Origin: Terriglobales bacterium
GTDB taxonomy: Bacteria > Acidobacteriota > Terriglobia > Terriglobales > Acidobacteriaceae
Assembly (NCBI GenBank): GCA_035504195.1
Contig: DATJSG010000016.1
Coordinates: 284,828-348,827 of the forward strand
Reading direction: 5' to 3'
Length of the DNA: 64,000 nt
The notes below the pieces were generated by a model. The model was not told the origin of the DNA. It did not search any database and saw nothing but the letters and a program-made list of their open reading frames with translations. The stretch's first letter is position 1. Every line of letters begins with the position of its first letter. Both the position numbers and the translations under genes were made by a program. Positions 44,981 to 56,528 of the stretch are shown piece by piece.

Positions 44981-45817
44981 CTACGATCCCGCTTTCGCCA
45001 CCTGAATCCGGCTCGCATCTACGGTAATGTCGCGTTGAATTTCCATCTCAATCGACGTGCCCACGTCGAGCTTCAGCTCCGGACCGTGCTTCAGCAGCGC
45101 CCACGCCACTCCGGCCGCCAGTCCCGCTGCACCGCCGATGCGCGCGCCGCTCAACCCTCCGGCGGCCACTCCGCCGATGCTGCCCACCGTGCCCGCAACC
45201 GCCGCATCCTTGGCAGCATCTTCAACCCGCTTGCCTGTGTCTTTATCCTGCTGGATGGTCCCTTCACTGTCTTTCACGCCCTTGTCGTCGGCGCCCGGCG
45301 TATTCTCCACAGACGCCGGCAACATGACCGTATACCCGCTCGGATAAATCAGGGTCGTAAAGTGGATCAGAATTTCCGCCCGCTTCTTCGACCGCCCCGC
45401 CGGTTCGGTATGGGAAATTTTGCCTTGGATATACGTTCCCGCCGGCACCAGCACGCGATCGTTCAGCACAAACGGAAACACGGTCTGCGCATAGACCGCA
45501 TCACCCTCGCGCGCGTTCTTGGTCGAAATCGCCTGCGCCAGCGACAGCGGAATCTTCGAACCCGCGGGAATGACCAGCGCATTCGGATCGCGCGCCGGCG
45601 ACGCCGTCGTCCCAGCCGGAGCAGAGGTTAACGGGGAAGGCTTGTCAGCTTTACCCGTCGCGGGCTTGTCGCTTTGAGTTGCTGCGGCGGACTGATCCGT
45701 AGCTGAAGCCTGAGTCGCCGTGGAGGCTTGAACCGGGGTTTCCGCAGCCTTCGGCGAATCGGCCGCCTGCCCAAAAGTCATTCCCGAAACCAACAGCACT
45801 GTTAAGAGCGCTCGCAT
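44981..45817 (-). CDS. secreted protein with TrbI/VirB10-like region and glycine-zipper tail (hypothetical)
   Basis: It has a signal peptide. IPAGSKIPLSLAQAISTKNAREGDAVYAQTVFPFVLNDRVLVPAGTYIQGKI resembles the TrbI-like pattern. The C-terminal Gly/Ala zipper is AGTVGSIGGVAAGGLSGARIGGAAGLAAG. Confidence 0.4.
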   Translation of the reverse strand: MRALLTVLLVSGMTFGQAADSPKAAETPVQASTATQASATDQSAAATQSDKPATGKADKPSPLTSAPAGTTASPARDPNALVIPAGSKIPLSLAQAISTKNAREGDAVYAQTVFPFVLNDRVLVPAGTYIQGKISHTEPAGRSKKRAEILIHFTTLIYPSGYTVMLPASVENTPGADDKGVKDSEGTIQQDKDTGKRVEDAAKDAAVAGTVGSIGGVAAGGLSGARIGGAAGLAAGVAWALLKHGPELKLDVGTSIEMEIQRDITVDASRIQVAKAGS

Positions 45818-45999
45818 CTAACCCTCCCGACGCACTCCTTTGCCTTCGAACAAGCGTAATTCGCCCGACGTGGGCTTCGCAACTCTCCAGGCTGAGATGC
45901 GACCCTTCCACGTCCAGGCTGCCCGAGGGGCCTGGACTTGCTCGCGTACGCTCAACGTTTTATCATCAGTTTCGAAAATCGGGCCCGTGGAGGTTCTCC

Positions 46000-46647
46000 A
46001 TGCGTTTAATGCCCCTTCAAAACAGCCTTCTGTCAGGGCTTGTGCTTGCTTTCCTTTGCCTTCCGCTCGTGCCCGGCCATGCGCAAAGCCGAGCTTCTCT
46101 CGCTACATCACGGCGCAGCTTTATGCACGACCCCAACGTCAGGGAGGAATATAAGAAGTGGCTCAAAGAGGATGTCGCATGGATTATCACGGATGAGGAA
46201 ATGGCGGACTTCGTGAATCTTTCGACCGATCAACAACGCGACCAATTTGTAGTGGCGTTCTGGGAACGCCGCAACCCGAATCCCGGCGCGAAAGAGAACG
46301 AATTCAAGGAAGAACACTATCGCAGGATTGCGTTCGCGAACCAGCATTTTGGCAGCGGCAAGATTCCGGGCTGGAAAACCGACCGAGGCCGCATCTACAT
46401 ACAGTTAGGGCCGCCGGATTCTGTCGATCAGTTTCCTGCGTACATGCCCGCATTGGAGATCTGGCATTACGCATTGGCCTACACAGATCTCACCGGTACC
46501 GGCGAAAGAAACGCAGTGCTCAGGTTCGTGGACGAGTGCATTTGCGGTGAGTATCGAATGAGTCTGCCCGAAAGGAGCAACGAAGCGTTCGCATGGGAGG
46601 CCCCACCGGCCATTTTCGACCCGCTGGACCCCTATCGGTTTCCTTAG
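46000..46647 (+). CDS. GWxTD-domain protein
   Basis: It has a signal peptide. The GWKTDRGRIYIQLGPPD motif is present. Confidence 0.7.
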   Translation: MRLMPLQNSLLSGLVLAFLCLPLVPGHAQSRASLATSRRSFMHDPNVREEYKKWLKEDVAWIITDEEMADFVNLSTDQQRDQFVVAFWERRNPNPGAKENEFKEEHYRRIAFANQHFGSGKIPGWKTDRGRIYIQLGPPDSVDQFPAYMPALEIWHYALAYTDLTGTGERNAVLRFVDECICGEYRMSLPERSNEAFAWEAPPAIFDPLDPYRFP

Positions 46648-46653
46648 CAGCCT

Positions 46654-49110
46654 TCACTTGTAAATCAAATACTTCTCCCTTACCTTGTCAAACTTCTCCA
46701 ACCCCTCCTGCCAATCCCCAGCAATCCGCCGCGGATCTTCCCCTGCCATCAGCGCGTCATACGCACTCTGATTCACCAGCAACTGCTGCATGCGCCCGAT
46801 CTTGAAATCTGCCGGATAAAGCTTCTGCAGCGCCGCCGCCAGTTCAATCCCTAGCTCGGGCGCGTCAAATCCGTTCCGATCCGTCAGAATAACGTTCACG
46901 CCCCGGCATTCCTGCCCGCTATAAACGCTTGCCGCCGGAGTAAACGTCACCGGGACAAAGCGCACGCCGCCAATCCCGCGTGCGTTCAAATAAGCCGCCA
47001 GTTCCCTGCTATTCGGCTTTATCCATGGCGCGCCCACCAACTCAAATGGAGTATCCGTCCCGCGCCCCACCGAAACATTCGTGCCTTCGATCAGCGCGGC
47101 TCCCGGATACAGCGCCGCCTCGGTCACGCTCCGCAAATTCGGCGACGGATTTACCCAGGCAAGCCCCGTCGAATCAAACCAGTCGCCGCGTTGCCATCCA
47201 TCCATTGGCACCACGGTCAGCTTCGCGTTGATGCCGCGCTCAGTATTGAACATTTTTGCCAGCTCGCCCATCGTCATTCCGTGACGCACCGGCACGGTCC
47301 AATAATTGGTAAAACTCTCGCGCCCTTCATCCGAAACCGGCCCCTGCACAAACGAGCCCGTAATCGGATCGGGCCGGTCCAGCACGATCAACTCGATCCC
47401 CGCCTTCGCCGCCGCCTCCAGAAAATATCCCAGCGTCGTCTCGTAGGTATAAAACCGCGTCCCCGCATCCTGAATGTCAAACACCACCGCATCAAGATTC
47501 TTCAGCACATCGAGCGAAGGCCGCCGGTCGGCATCCTTCGCGCCATACACGCTGTACACCGGAATGCCAGTCGCCGCGTCTTTTGAATTATTGATGTCTG
47601 TCGTATCCAGCGTTCCGGTCACCCCGTGCTCGGGACTGAAAATCGCGTCCAGCGAGACTCCGGGCGCATGCGCCAGCACGTCAATCGTTCGCTTCCCGTC
47701 CGCATCAACACCGGTCTGATTCGTCACCAGCCCAATTTTTTTCTTCGTGTCGGAAGATGCTCCCGCAGCCTTCAGCACATCAAATCCGTTCTCTTCCAGC
47801 ACATCAATGCCGGTTTTCACCGTGCCATTGCGCGAACTCATCCGGCGCGCCGCACTCTGCGCCTCGTTATAGCCGGTGAGACTCTTCCATCGCAGCTCGT
47901 CTTTCTCCGACGGTGTCAGAGTCAGCGCCGCCGCCACTTCCGTCGCCACTTTCGACCGCAGCGCGATCGCAGTTCCCTTTCCCCGCGGATGCACCGCATT
48001 GGTCAGCAGAATAATGTAGGTCTGGGTCGTCGGATCGATCCACATCGATGTACCCGTGAACCCCGTGTGCCCGAACCCTCCCACGGGGAACAAATCTCCG
48101 CGATTCGACGAAAACGGAGAATCAATATCCCACCCAAACCCGCGCAGCACCGGGGCTGACGGCGGCTGTTCCGGCGTAGTCATCTTCTCGACCGCGGCCG
48201 CCGACAAAATTCCATCCCCGCCATCGAGCAGCGCCTGAGCAAATTTCGCGAGATCGTCGCCCGTAGAAAATAATCCCGCATGTCCCGCCACGCCGCCCAT
48301 CCGCCGCGCCGTCGGATCGTGCACCACCCCCCATAGCATGTGCTCGTTCTCGTCATACTGCGTCGGGGCAATTTTCGAGCGCCACGACTCCGGAGGCAAA
48401 AACCGCGTCCGCGTCATCTTCAGCGGCGCGAAAATATGCCGCTCCGCATATTCATCCAGCGTCTCGCCCGAAACCCGCTCCACCAGCGCGCCGAGAACGA
48501 TAAAATTGATGTCGCTATACGTGAAATGCGACCCCGGCGGCTCCGCCGGCGCCCCCTCGAACGCCATCTTGTAAGCCGTATCTTTCCCTTCCCACGGCGT
48601 CTTCAGATCCAGATCCTTGTCCAGTCCCGAATAGTGCGTCAGCAACTGCCGCACCGTAATGTCTTCTTTTCCATTCTGCGCAAACTCCGGCAGATACTTC
48701 GCCACGGGATCGTTGAACCTGACTTTGCCCTCTTCGAACAACTGCATCACAGCGGTTGTAGTCACAATCACTTTGGTCAACGACGCCAGATCGAAAATCG
48801 TATCCAGCGTCATCGGTTCGCGCCGCGGCTCCAGCGACCGCTCGCCATAAGCCTTGCGATAAACCACGGCGCCGTCGTGCCCCACCACCAGCACTGCTCC
48901 CGGAATATTTCCGTCAGCAATCGCACGCTCAATAGTGGAGTCAACCGCACTCAGCTTCACCGCAGCAGAGGTTTTTGCCGATAAAGAAGACGAAGATGTA
49001 GAGACAGCCGCCTCGGCTGTTTCGCCGGGGCGAAGCCCGGCGGCAGCGTAACTCCCCTCGCCAAGAGCAAGAAATGCCGCAACCAGAAATAAAGCCGCAG
49101 TAGCAAACAA
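46654..49110 (-). CDS. fusion protein: beta-lactamase-fold serine hydrolase plus DUF1343 (NamZ-like exo-N-acetylmuramidase)
   Basis: The N-terminal half has the SxxK motif (ASLTKV) and HTGFTGT. The C-terminal half has GLVTNQTGVD...VFDIQDAGTRFYTY...VLDRPDP, typical of DUF1343. The start is TTG. Confidence 0.75.
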   Translation of the reverse strand: MFATAALFLVAAFLALGEGSYAAAGLRPGETAEAAVSTSSSSLSAKTSAAVKLSAVDSTIERAIADGNIPGAVLVVGHDGAVVYRKAYGERSLEPRREPMTLDTIFDLASLTKVIVTTTAVMQLFEEGKVRFNDPVAKYLPEFAQNGKEDITVRQLLTHYSGLDKDLDLKTPWEGKDTAYKMAFEGAPAEPPGSHFTYSDINFIVLGALVERVSGETLDEYAERHIFAPLKMTRTRFLPPESWRSKIAPTQYDENEHMLWGVVHDPTARRMGGVAGHAGLFSTGDDLAKFAQALLDGGDGILSAAAVEKMTTPEQPPSAPVLRGFGWDIDSPFSSNRGDLFPVGGFGHTGFTGTSMWIDPTTQTYIILLTNAVHPRGKGTAIALRSKVATEVAAALTLTPSEKDELRWKSLTGYNEAQSAARRMSSRNGTVKTGIDVLEENGFDVLKAAGASSDTKKKIGLVTNQTGVDADGKRTIDVLAHAPGVSLDAIFSPEHGVTGTLDTTDINNSKDAATGIPVYSVYGAKDADRRPSLDVLKNLDAVVFDIQDAGTRFYTYETTLGYFLEAAAKAGIELIVLDRPDPITGSFVQGPVSDEGRESFTNYWTVPVRHGMTMGELAKMFNTERGINAKLTVVPMDGWQRGDWFDSTGLAWVNPSPNLRSVTEAALYPGAALIEGTNVSVGRGTDTPFELVGAPWIKPNSRELAAYLNARGIGGVRFVPVTFTPAASVYSGQECRGVNVILTDRNGFDAPELGIELAAALQKLYPADFKIGRMQQLLVNQSAYDALMAGEDPRRIAGDWQEGLEKFDKVREKYLIYK

Positions 49111-49257
49111 TCCGGGTGCCGCATTTCTCGCGCGCCTTCTGCGCGAGAGGTGCGGTTTTTCTCGGTCCCACGATTTGGATTCAAAATAGAAGATACTCTG
49201 ACTCTACACAACGCCAGCCTGGCACTCAACCAACCCAGGTAACGGAAAGGTTCCTCT

Positions 49258-50532
49258 GTGTTCCCCTGTGTCGTCCGTGGTGAAGACCTCGCTTTACCCC
49301 TCGCCCGCAACTCTGCTATAACCCGCACAGTTCCGGAATTTCTCCGACGAGCATCCACGCTGACCGACCTCGCTCCAACTCTTGTCCCCGCGTTCGATCA
49401 CCAGGACGAAGTCCTGGTTTCCGCATTCTCTGTTTTGCGAGAAGCCATCACGCAGCGTGCTTTCCCCGCCGCCTCGATCGCCGTCACGCACGCGGACAAA
49501 CTGGTAGCCCTGAAATCCTTCGGGCATTTTGTTTACGAAAAGGATCTCGAGGGTGCCCCGTCCTTGTCGCATTCTCTGCGACAGGGCGGGAACCTTGAAG
49601 TCACGCCCACCACGCTCTTCGACCTCGCGTCCCTCACCAAAGTAGTCGCCACCACCACGATGGCGATGATGCTCTACGAGCGCGGCCTGCTCGAACTCGA
49701 CGCGGCAATCCTCGGAACCATCCCCGAATTCCTGGTCGATTCCTGCGGCGAACCCGACCCTCGGCGCCGCGAAGTTACCTTCCGCATGCTGCTTGCCCAC
49801 TGCTCCGGCATGCCCGCCTACGAAAAGCTATTCCTCAAAGCGCGCACCCGGGAAGACCTGCTGCGCGCCGTGTTCACCACCCCGCTCTCTGCCGACCCCA
49901 ATACCCGCGCTGAATACAGCGACATCGGATTCATTCTCTTAGGTGCAGCTCTCGAACGCATCGCAGAAGAGGCGCTCGATATATTTTGCCAGCGCGAAAT
50001 CTTCGGCCCGCTCGGCATGACGCGCACAACTTTCAACCCTGCTGCGGACATGTGCGCGAAAATTCCTCCCACCGCGGATGAAAGAGAAGAGGAACACAAA
50101 TTTCGCAATCGAATCATCCAGGGCGAAGTGCAGGACGAAAACGCCGTCGTCCTCGGCGGCGTTGCAGGACATGCCGGGCTCTTTTCGACCGCCGAAGATC
50201 TCGCGCGCTTCGCCAGCGCGATGCTCCAGGGGGGGCAACCCATCGTCCGACCCGAAACCGCTGCCCTCTTCACCCGCCGCGAGACCGCGCCCAGCGGCAC
50301 ATCCCGCGCCCTCGGCTGGGACACTCCCTCCGCTCCCTCGCAATCCGGACAATATTTCGGCCCGCATTCCTTCGGCCATCTGGGCTACACCGGCACTTCG
50401 CTCTGGATCGATCCCGACCGCCAGCTTTCGATCAGCTTGCTCACCAACCGCACCTGGCCCGACTGCGCCAATCAGGCCATTAAGCAAGTCCGCCCAAAAT
50501 TCCATGACGCCATCGTCGATGCCATGGGCTGA
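49258..50532 (+). CDS. serine hydrolase (class C beta-lactamase/AmpH-like fold)
   Basis: ASLTKVVATTTMAMML (SxxK), YSDIGF and GHLGYTGTS are present. The start is uncertain because the first codons lie in repeat DNA. Confidence 0.7.
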   Translation: MFPCVVRGEDLALPLARNSAITRTVPEFLRRASTLTDLAPTLVPAFDHQDEVLVSAFSVLREAITQRAFPAASIAVTHADKLVALKSFGHFVYEKDLEGAPSLSHSLRQGGNLEVTPTTLFDLASLTKVVATTTMAMMLYERGLLELDAAILGTIPEFLVDSCGEPDPRRREVTFRMLLAHCSGMPAYEKLFLKARTREDLLRAVFTTPLSADPNTRAEYSDIGFILLGAALERIAEEALDIFCQREIFGPLGMTRTTFNPAADMCAKIPPTADEREEEHKFRNRIIQGEVQDENAVVLGGVAGHAGLFSTAEDLARFASAMLQGGQPIVRPETAALFTRRETAPSGTSRALGWDTPSAPSQSGQYFGPHSFGHLGYTGTSLWIDPDRQLSISLLTNRTWPDCANQAIKQVRPKFHDAIVDAMG

Positions 50533-50657
50533 CTTCAGCAGCACAGTGGAGGGGCGGCGCCTCAGTGCCGCATGCGAGCATATAGAATGAACCGGGCCTT
50601 AGCCCTGGGGGACTCCCCCAAAAGCACCACTTCGAAGCCAACAAGAAAGGTTCCTGC

Positions 50658-51584
50658 TTGACCCGCACCGCCAAACTCAAATCCGATCTCCGCACGCTCT
50701 CGACCGAGCAACTCCTCCCCGCCGCGCGCGATCTCGACCGCATGTCTTCGCTCGAGATCGTCCGCCTCATCAATGAAGAAGATGCAACCGTTGCCGCCGC
50801 CGTCGGCCGCGCGCTGCCGCAAATTGCCCGCGCCATCGATCTCATCGCCGCCAGCCTCCGTCACGGCGGACGCCTCATCTACGTCGGCGCCGGCACCAGC
50901 GGACGCCTCGGCGCTCTCGACGCCAGCGAAATTCAGCCCACCTTCAACACCGACCCGCGCACCGTGCAATTCATTATGGCCGGTGGCCCCAAAGCTCTCG
51001 GCTCGTCCACCGAAGCCAGCGAAGACGACACCGCGCTTGCGATTCGAGAAATGAAGAAGCACAAACCCGGCAAATATGACGTCATCCTCGGCATCGCCTC
51101 CAGCGGCCGCACTCCCTTCACCATCGCCGCCGTCGAATACGCCCGCCGTCGCGGAGCCCGCACCATCGCCCTCACCTGCAATCGCAACTCGCCGCTCGAG
51201 CGCGCCGCCGATTTTGCCATCGTCACCGAAGTCGGCCCCGAAGTCCTAGCCGGATCGTCGCGCATGAAAGCGGGCACGGCGCACAAGATGGTCCTGAACA
51301 TGATCTCGACCGCCGCCATGACGCGTCTCGGCTATGTCTATGGCAATCTCATGGTCAATGTGTGGACGAAAAACGAAAAGCTGATCCAGCGCGCCACCCG
51401 CATCCTAGAACAAGCCACCGGCGCCGACCACGACGCGGCCGCCCGCGCCCTGAAAGCCGCAGGCAACCGCACTCCAGTGGCAGTAGTAATGCTCGCCGCG
51501 GGTGTAACGAAATTTAAGGCCGCCAGTGTGTTAAGAAAGTCCAAAGGCCACGTGCGCCAAGCGATTGCACTGGCACAGAACTAG
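50658..51584 (+). CDS. murQ: N-acetylmuramic acid 6-phosphate etherase
   Basis: It has a SIS domain. GRLIYVGAGTSGRLGALDASE...GIASSGRTPF...SRMKAGTAHKMVLNMIST. The start is TTG. Confidence 0.85.
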   Translation: MTRTAKLKSDLRTLSTEQLLPAARDLDRMSSLEIVRLINEEDATVAAAVGRALPQIARAIDLIAASLRHGGRLIYVGAGTSGRLGALDASEIQPTFNTDPRTVQFIMAGGPKALGSSTEASEDDTALAIREMKKHKPGKYDVILGIASSGRTPFTIAAVEYARRRGARTIALTCNRNSPLERAADFAIVTEVGPEVLAGSSRMKAGTAHKMVLNMISTAAMTRLGYVYGNLMVNVWTKNEKLIQRATRILEQATGADHDAAARALKAAGNRTPVAVVMLAAGVTKFKAASVLRKSKGHVRQAIALAQN

Positions 51585-51693
51585 AGGGCGGGGATTTTTG
51601 ACTTTCCGCCCCGCTCGTCCTTCTCCCATCGTGCCGTCGCGATCAACATCAATTGTTCGTCTCACCGCTACAATTAGCCTGTGAGGATCTTCC

Positions 51694-52989
<1,296 letters not shown>

Positions 52990-53081
52990 TCGTGTGGCGC
53001 GGGCGCCCCGCCGGCGGAGGCAGTGCTAGAAATCCAGGAATCGGAGTTGAGCCGTGGCCCCGGAAGATAAAGGCTCCGGGG

Positions 53082-53489
53082 TCAGAAATTGCTGTCGACC
53101 GGTGGTGGTTTTTCAGACACGACTTCAACGACATTGAAGGATTTGAATGTGACGTGCGTAGATTCTGATTCGGTTAGTTCATAGTGAAACATTGTTTCGC
53201 ACTTGCGTTCCACCGCGTAAGTATTTCGAAAGCGCCAAGTCTTAACGTTCTCCTCCGCAGCAGACTTAAGCAAAGGATGGCCCGATATTGCTTTAACACT
53301 AGTTGGCTCGCCGCTGTTTGCGGGCAGCGTGAACGCTACTCTCACGCTTCCATAAATGCGGGCCTGTCGAGCTAATGGTGGATAGAAAGGGATATTCGCT
53401 GAAAGCAACACGGGCTCATCGGTCTGCGCTGCCAATCCCAGGCATAAAGCAAGAATGAAACCTAAGATGAGCTCCGGATGGTGTCTCAT
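53082..53489 (-). CDS. TonB C-terminal-domain-like periplasmic protein
   Basis: It has a signal/anchor. YPPLARQARIYGSVRVAFTL...AISGHPLLKSAAEENVKTWRF resembles the TonB_C fold. The DNA is AT-richer than its surroundings. Confidence 0.5.
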   Translation of the reverse strand: MRHHPELILGFILALCLGLAAQTDEPVLLSANIPFYPPLARQARIYGSVRVAFTLPANSGEPTSVKAISGHPLLKSAAEENVKTWRFRNTYAVERKCETMFHYELTESESTHVTFKSFNVVEVVSEKPPPVDSNF

Positions 53490-53566
53490 AGGGATATATC
53501 TCTCGCTTGGAATTGTAGCCGCAGTGTCTTTGAATTCGGAATCTGATTGTCATACCCGGAAGACCG

Positions 53567-54103
53567 CTACTCCCGCGTTAACCGCTCAATCACTCCCCGA
53601 TGCTGTGGGTAATCCCGCACCAACTCCGCGCGTTTCCCCATCTCGAAATCTTCAAACTCAAATCCCGGAGCAACAGTACAGCCCACCAGCACAAAGGGCG
53701 GGTGCCCCAATTCTGGCCGGTTTTGCCAGACGTGGGGATTTTGCGCGACTTGCGCCCCGAACCAGCATCCCGCCTTCACCACCGCCTGAAATTGCTGACC
53801 TGCCTCCGCATCGTTCCCAAGCTCAATCGTGAAGTGTCGTCCGTTCGGCGCGATCACATGCACCTCCAGCACACTCCCCGCATAGAAATGCCACATCTCA
53901 TCCGACCGCAATCGATGAAGCGCCGAGAACTCCTCACCCTCCAGCAAAAAATAAATCGCCGTCGACGCCGCGCGGCTCCCGCTAAACTGGGGCAGCGCAG
54001 CCTTGTCAATCCTCAGTTCTGATTGATAAGTCTGTCGAAAATGTCCGCCCTCGGGATGCGGATACAATCCAAGCTGTCCAATCCAGTATTTTGCGTCTTT
54101 CAT
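53567..54103 (-). CDS. cupin-superfamily protein (DUF985)
   Basis: LGLYPHPEGGHFRQTYQS...IYFLL...FSALHRLRSDEMWHFY. Confidence 0.7.
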   Translation of the reverse strand: MKDAKYWIGQLGLYPHPEGGHFRQTYQSELRIDKAALPQFSGSRAASTAIYFLLEGEEFSALHRLRSDEMWHFYAGSVLEVHVIAPNGRHFTIELGNDAEAGQQFQAVVKAGCWFGAQVAQNPHVWQNRPELGHPPFVLVGCTVAPGFEFEDFEMGKRAELVRDYPQHRGVIERLTRE

Positions 54104-54198
54104 GAGAGCCCCCGGGCGTCATGACACGAATCGCAACCCGAGAAAAGTCTGGAAGCGAAACGACGCGCCATCCCCGTCATCACGATTGGCATCGTGGT

Positions 54199-55539
54199 CT
54201 ACTGCGTCAGCTTGATTGCCAACTGCCGCTCCGGCTGCGTCATCTCGCCCCAAAGTTTCTCCAGATCCGTCTGCACCGACTGATTGTCCGGATCTTTCCG
54301 CAAAGCCAGCGCGAACCACCGATATGCCGTAGGCAGATCGCGCGGCGTGCACAATCCCGCCGAATAGAGCGCGCCCATTTGGATCATGGCCCTTGGGTTG
54401 GCATGTTCCGCCAAAGGCTTCAGCAGGCGCAATCCGCGATCGCAATTCTGCGGCACGCCGGTCCCATCGATATATTTCTGCGCCTCCGCCACCGGATCCA
54501 CCGGCTTCGGCGGCGCCACCACTGCCGGCGGCTTGGGCTTCACCGCAGGCGCAGTAGCCGCGTCGCTATCCGTCGCGGGCGGCGCGGAAGAAGATGGTTT
54601 CGACGTAGATGGGGATGACGCGGACCCAGATGAAGGGGCTTGAGAAGAAGTCGGTTGAACTGAAGGCACCCGGTTCGCGGAAGGTTGACTCGGAGCGGGC
54701 TGACTCGTAGGCGGCTGGCTGGACGCAGCCGGCTGATTTGCAGCGGGCTGGCTCGCCGCTGGCGCGGCAGCGGAATGTGTTGGGCCGGCTGAAGCGGGAG
54801 CACTTCCTGCCGCCGGTCCGGTCGCTACCGCTCCAGGCGCCACAGAGCCAGGCGTGGCCGGAGCAGCAGCCGAACCTCCGCTCGCCGGGGGATTTCCCGC
54901 CGGCTGTGTCGTCCCCGCACTCGGCTGACTCGCAACCGGCGTGGGCGGCGCTGTACTACCGGCCGCGGCTGGTGCCGTCGAATTCGCACTGCTGTTGTCG
55001 GAAGACTGCGTCGCAGCCGCAGGCTTCGCACCACTCACCCCCAGCCATGCGAATCCCTGATTTCTCCAGCGCAGATATCCGAAACCGGCCGCCAACGCTA
55101 GCGCCACCAGAATCAGAATGAATTTCCCGGCCCCGCTGCGCTCAGGTTCTTCGTCATCTTCCAACAAATAATCAAGGCTGCGCGAACTCGGCGCCGAATT
55201 CGGATCGATGCTCAACCGGTTCCCCGCGCCCGCCCGTGGAGCGCTGTTCGCAGCCGGACTGGGAGCCGGCTGGTTCAATCCCAGAAACGATGGCCCCGTG
55301 ATGACCGGCGACGGCTCGCTCACCGGGGCTGGCGGCCGGGCCGGCACCGGCGACGATGGCCTTGGAGACGCTGGGCCTGCAGACGACAGGCCGGGAGACG
55401 GCGGTGCCGCTACCGGAGTTGCAGGACGCGCCGCCGTTGCCGGCAGCGCCGTTCCTCCCTGCAATAGCGTCGCCCCACACATCCCGCAAAAACGGTTCGT
55501 GTCCGAATTTTCGTTGCCGCAGCGTGCGCAGCGCACCAA
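54199..55539 (-). CDS. zinc-ribbon / low-complexity / Sel1-repeat membrane protein
   Basis: It has an N-terminal CARCGNEN...CGMCG zinc ribbon, one TM helix and a long P/A/S-rich region. The C-terminal region is Sel1-like (NPRAMIQMGALYSAGLCTPRDLPTAYRWFALA). Confidence 0.6.
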   Translation of the reverse strand: MVRCARCGNENSDTNRFCGMCGATLLQGGTALPATAARPATPVAAPPSPGLSSAGPASPRPSSPVPARPPAPVSEPSPVITGPSFLGLNQPAPSPAANSAPRAGAGNRLSIDPNSAPSSRSLDYLLEDDEEPERSGAGKFILILVALALAAGFGYLRWRNQGFAWLGVSGAKPAAATQSSDNSSANSTAPAAAGSTAPPTPVASQPSAGTTQPAGNPPASGGSAAAPATPGSVAPGAVATGPAAGSAPASAGPTHSAAAPAASQPAANQPAASSQPPTSQPAPSQPSANRVPSVQPTSSQAPSSGSASSPSTSKPSSSAPPATDSDAATAPAVKPKPPAVVAPPKPVDPVAEAQKYIDGTGVPQNCDRGLRLLKPLAEHANPRAMIQMGALYSAGLCTPRDLPTAYRWFALALRKDPDNQSVQTDLEKLWGEMTQPERQLAIKLTQ

Positions 55540-55919
55540 ATCCTCCTGATGCTCTCTTATAGCTTACGATATCCTGAGGATTACTTGCAGCGCCGTGCAT
55601 TGTGTCTGGCCGTAAAGCCGCGGTAACGCCATGGAGGCAGAGCGAACGGACTACCAGGGACCGCCGCCGATTCCGTCGGCAAATTCAGCCCGCGACGACG
55701 CGGCCTCAGGCATCGAAACCTCACTGATGCCCCCCGTTATAACCCCCACCCAAACTTTTTGTCATTCCGAACCGTCGCGCAGCGCCGGTGAGGAACCTGC
55801 TTTCCCCGCCTCACCGCCAGACCGAAACCCGCGCACATCCTTTACGCTCCTCAACTCCCCGTGATATTCTCTAAACGTCACAAAGACAAACGATTAAGAA
55901 CAGGAGCACATCAGCTTAC

Positions 55920-56186
55920 GTGCTAGCCAGAGAGCAAAAGAAATCCGTCATTGACGGCAATCGCACGCACGCGACCGACACCGGCAGTCCGGAGGTGCAG
56001 ATCGCGCTGCTCAGCGAGCGTATCGGCCAGTTGACGGAGCACTTCAAGACGCACCAGAAAGACCACGGCTCGCGCCGCGGGCTTCTCATGCTGGTCAGCA
56101 AGCGGCGTCGCTTGTTGGACTACCTCAAGAAATACGATTCCGAGCGCTATAAAGGTGTGATCACCAAGCTCGGCATCCGCAAGTAA
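55920..56186 (+). CDS. rpsO: 30S ribosomal protein S15
   Basis: [49 protein letters not shown]. The start is GTG. Confidence 0.9.
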   Translation: MLAREQKKSVIDGNRTHATDTGSPEVQIALLSERIGQLTEHFKTHQKDHGSRRGLLMLVSKRRRLLDYLKKYDSERYKGVITKLGIRK

Positions 56187-56429
56187 CGGCTTGGCCTGGA
56201 ATTCCAAGGTCTGGAACTTCAAGGTTTCCAAAGTGGCAAGGTTCCGGCCTTGAGACATTGAAACCTGCGAACCTTGCAACCTTATCTTCCGGGATATTTC
56301 TGACGACCGTCTCTGGCGAGACGGAACAGCATTGAGGAACTTTCCATCCGTGCGTTTTTCAAGCGCAGCGAACTTTTCCAGCCTCATCAACAGGGTGACG
56401 TGTGCCTTTCCTCTGGGGAGGTTCAAAAT

Positions 56430-56466
56430 CCCCACTTCTCCCAAAATCGGGGAGAAATGGGGCACC
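56430..56466. repeat. hairpin repeat of the CCCCACTTCTC...GAGAAATGGGGCACCC family
   Basis: The sequence is CCCCACTTCTCCC-aaaatc-GGGGAGAAATGGGGCACCC, in the rpsO-pnp spacer. Confidence 0.6.
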
Positions 56467-56528
56467 CGGTTCGCCTTGTTTACGGCTCATGGCACGGCTC
56501 ACGCTCATAGCTCCCAAAGGAATGAATT

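Noticed and set aside
44981-45817. The TrbI/VirB10-like protein as evidence for a conjugation or type IV secretion locus.
   Set aside because: No other T4SS or relaxase genes are nearby. The neighbours are slipin, SPOR and GWxTD envelope genes, and the similarity is only a loose pattern match.
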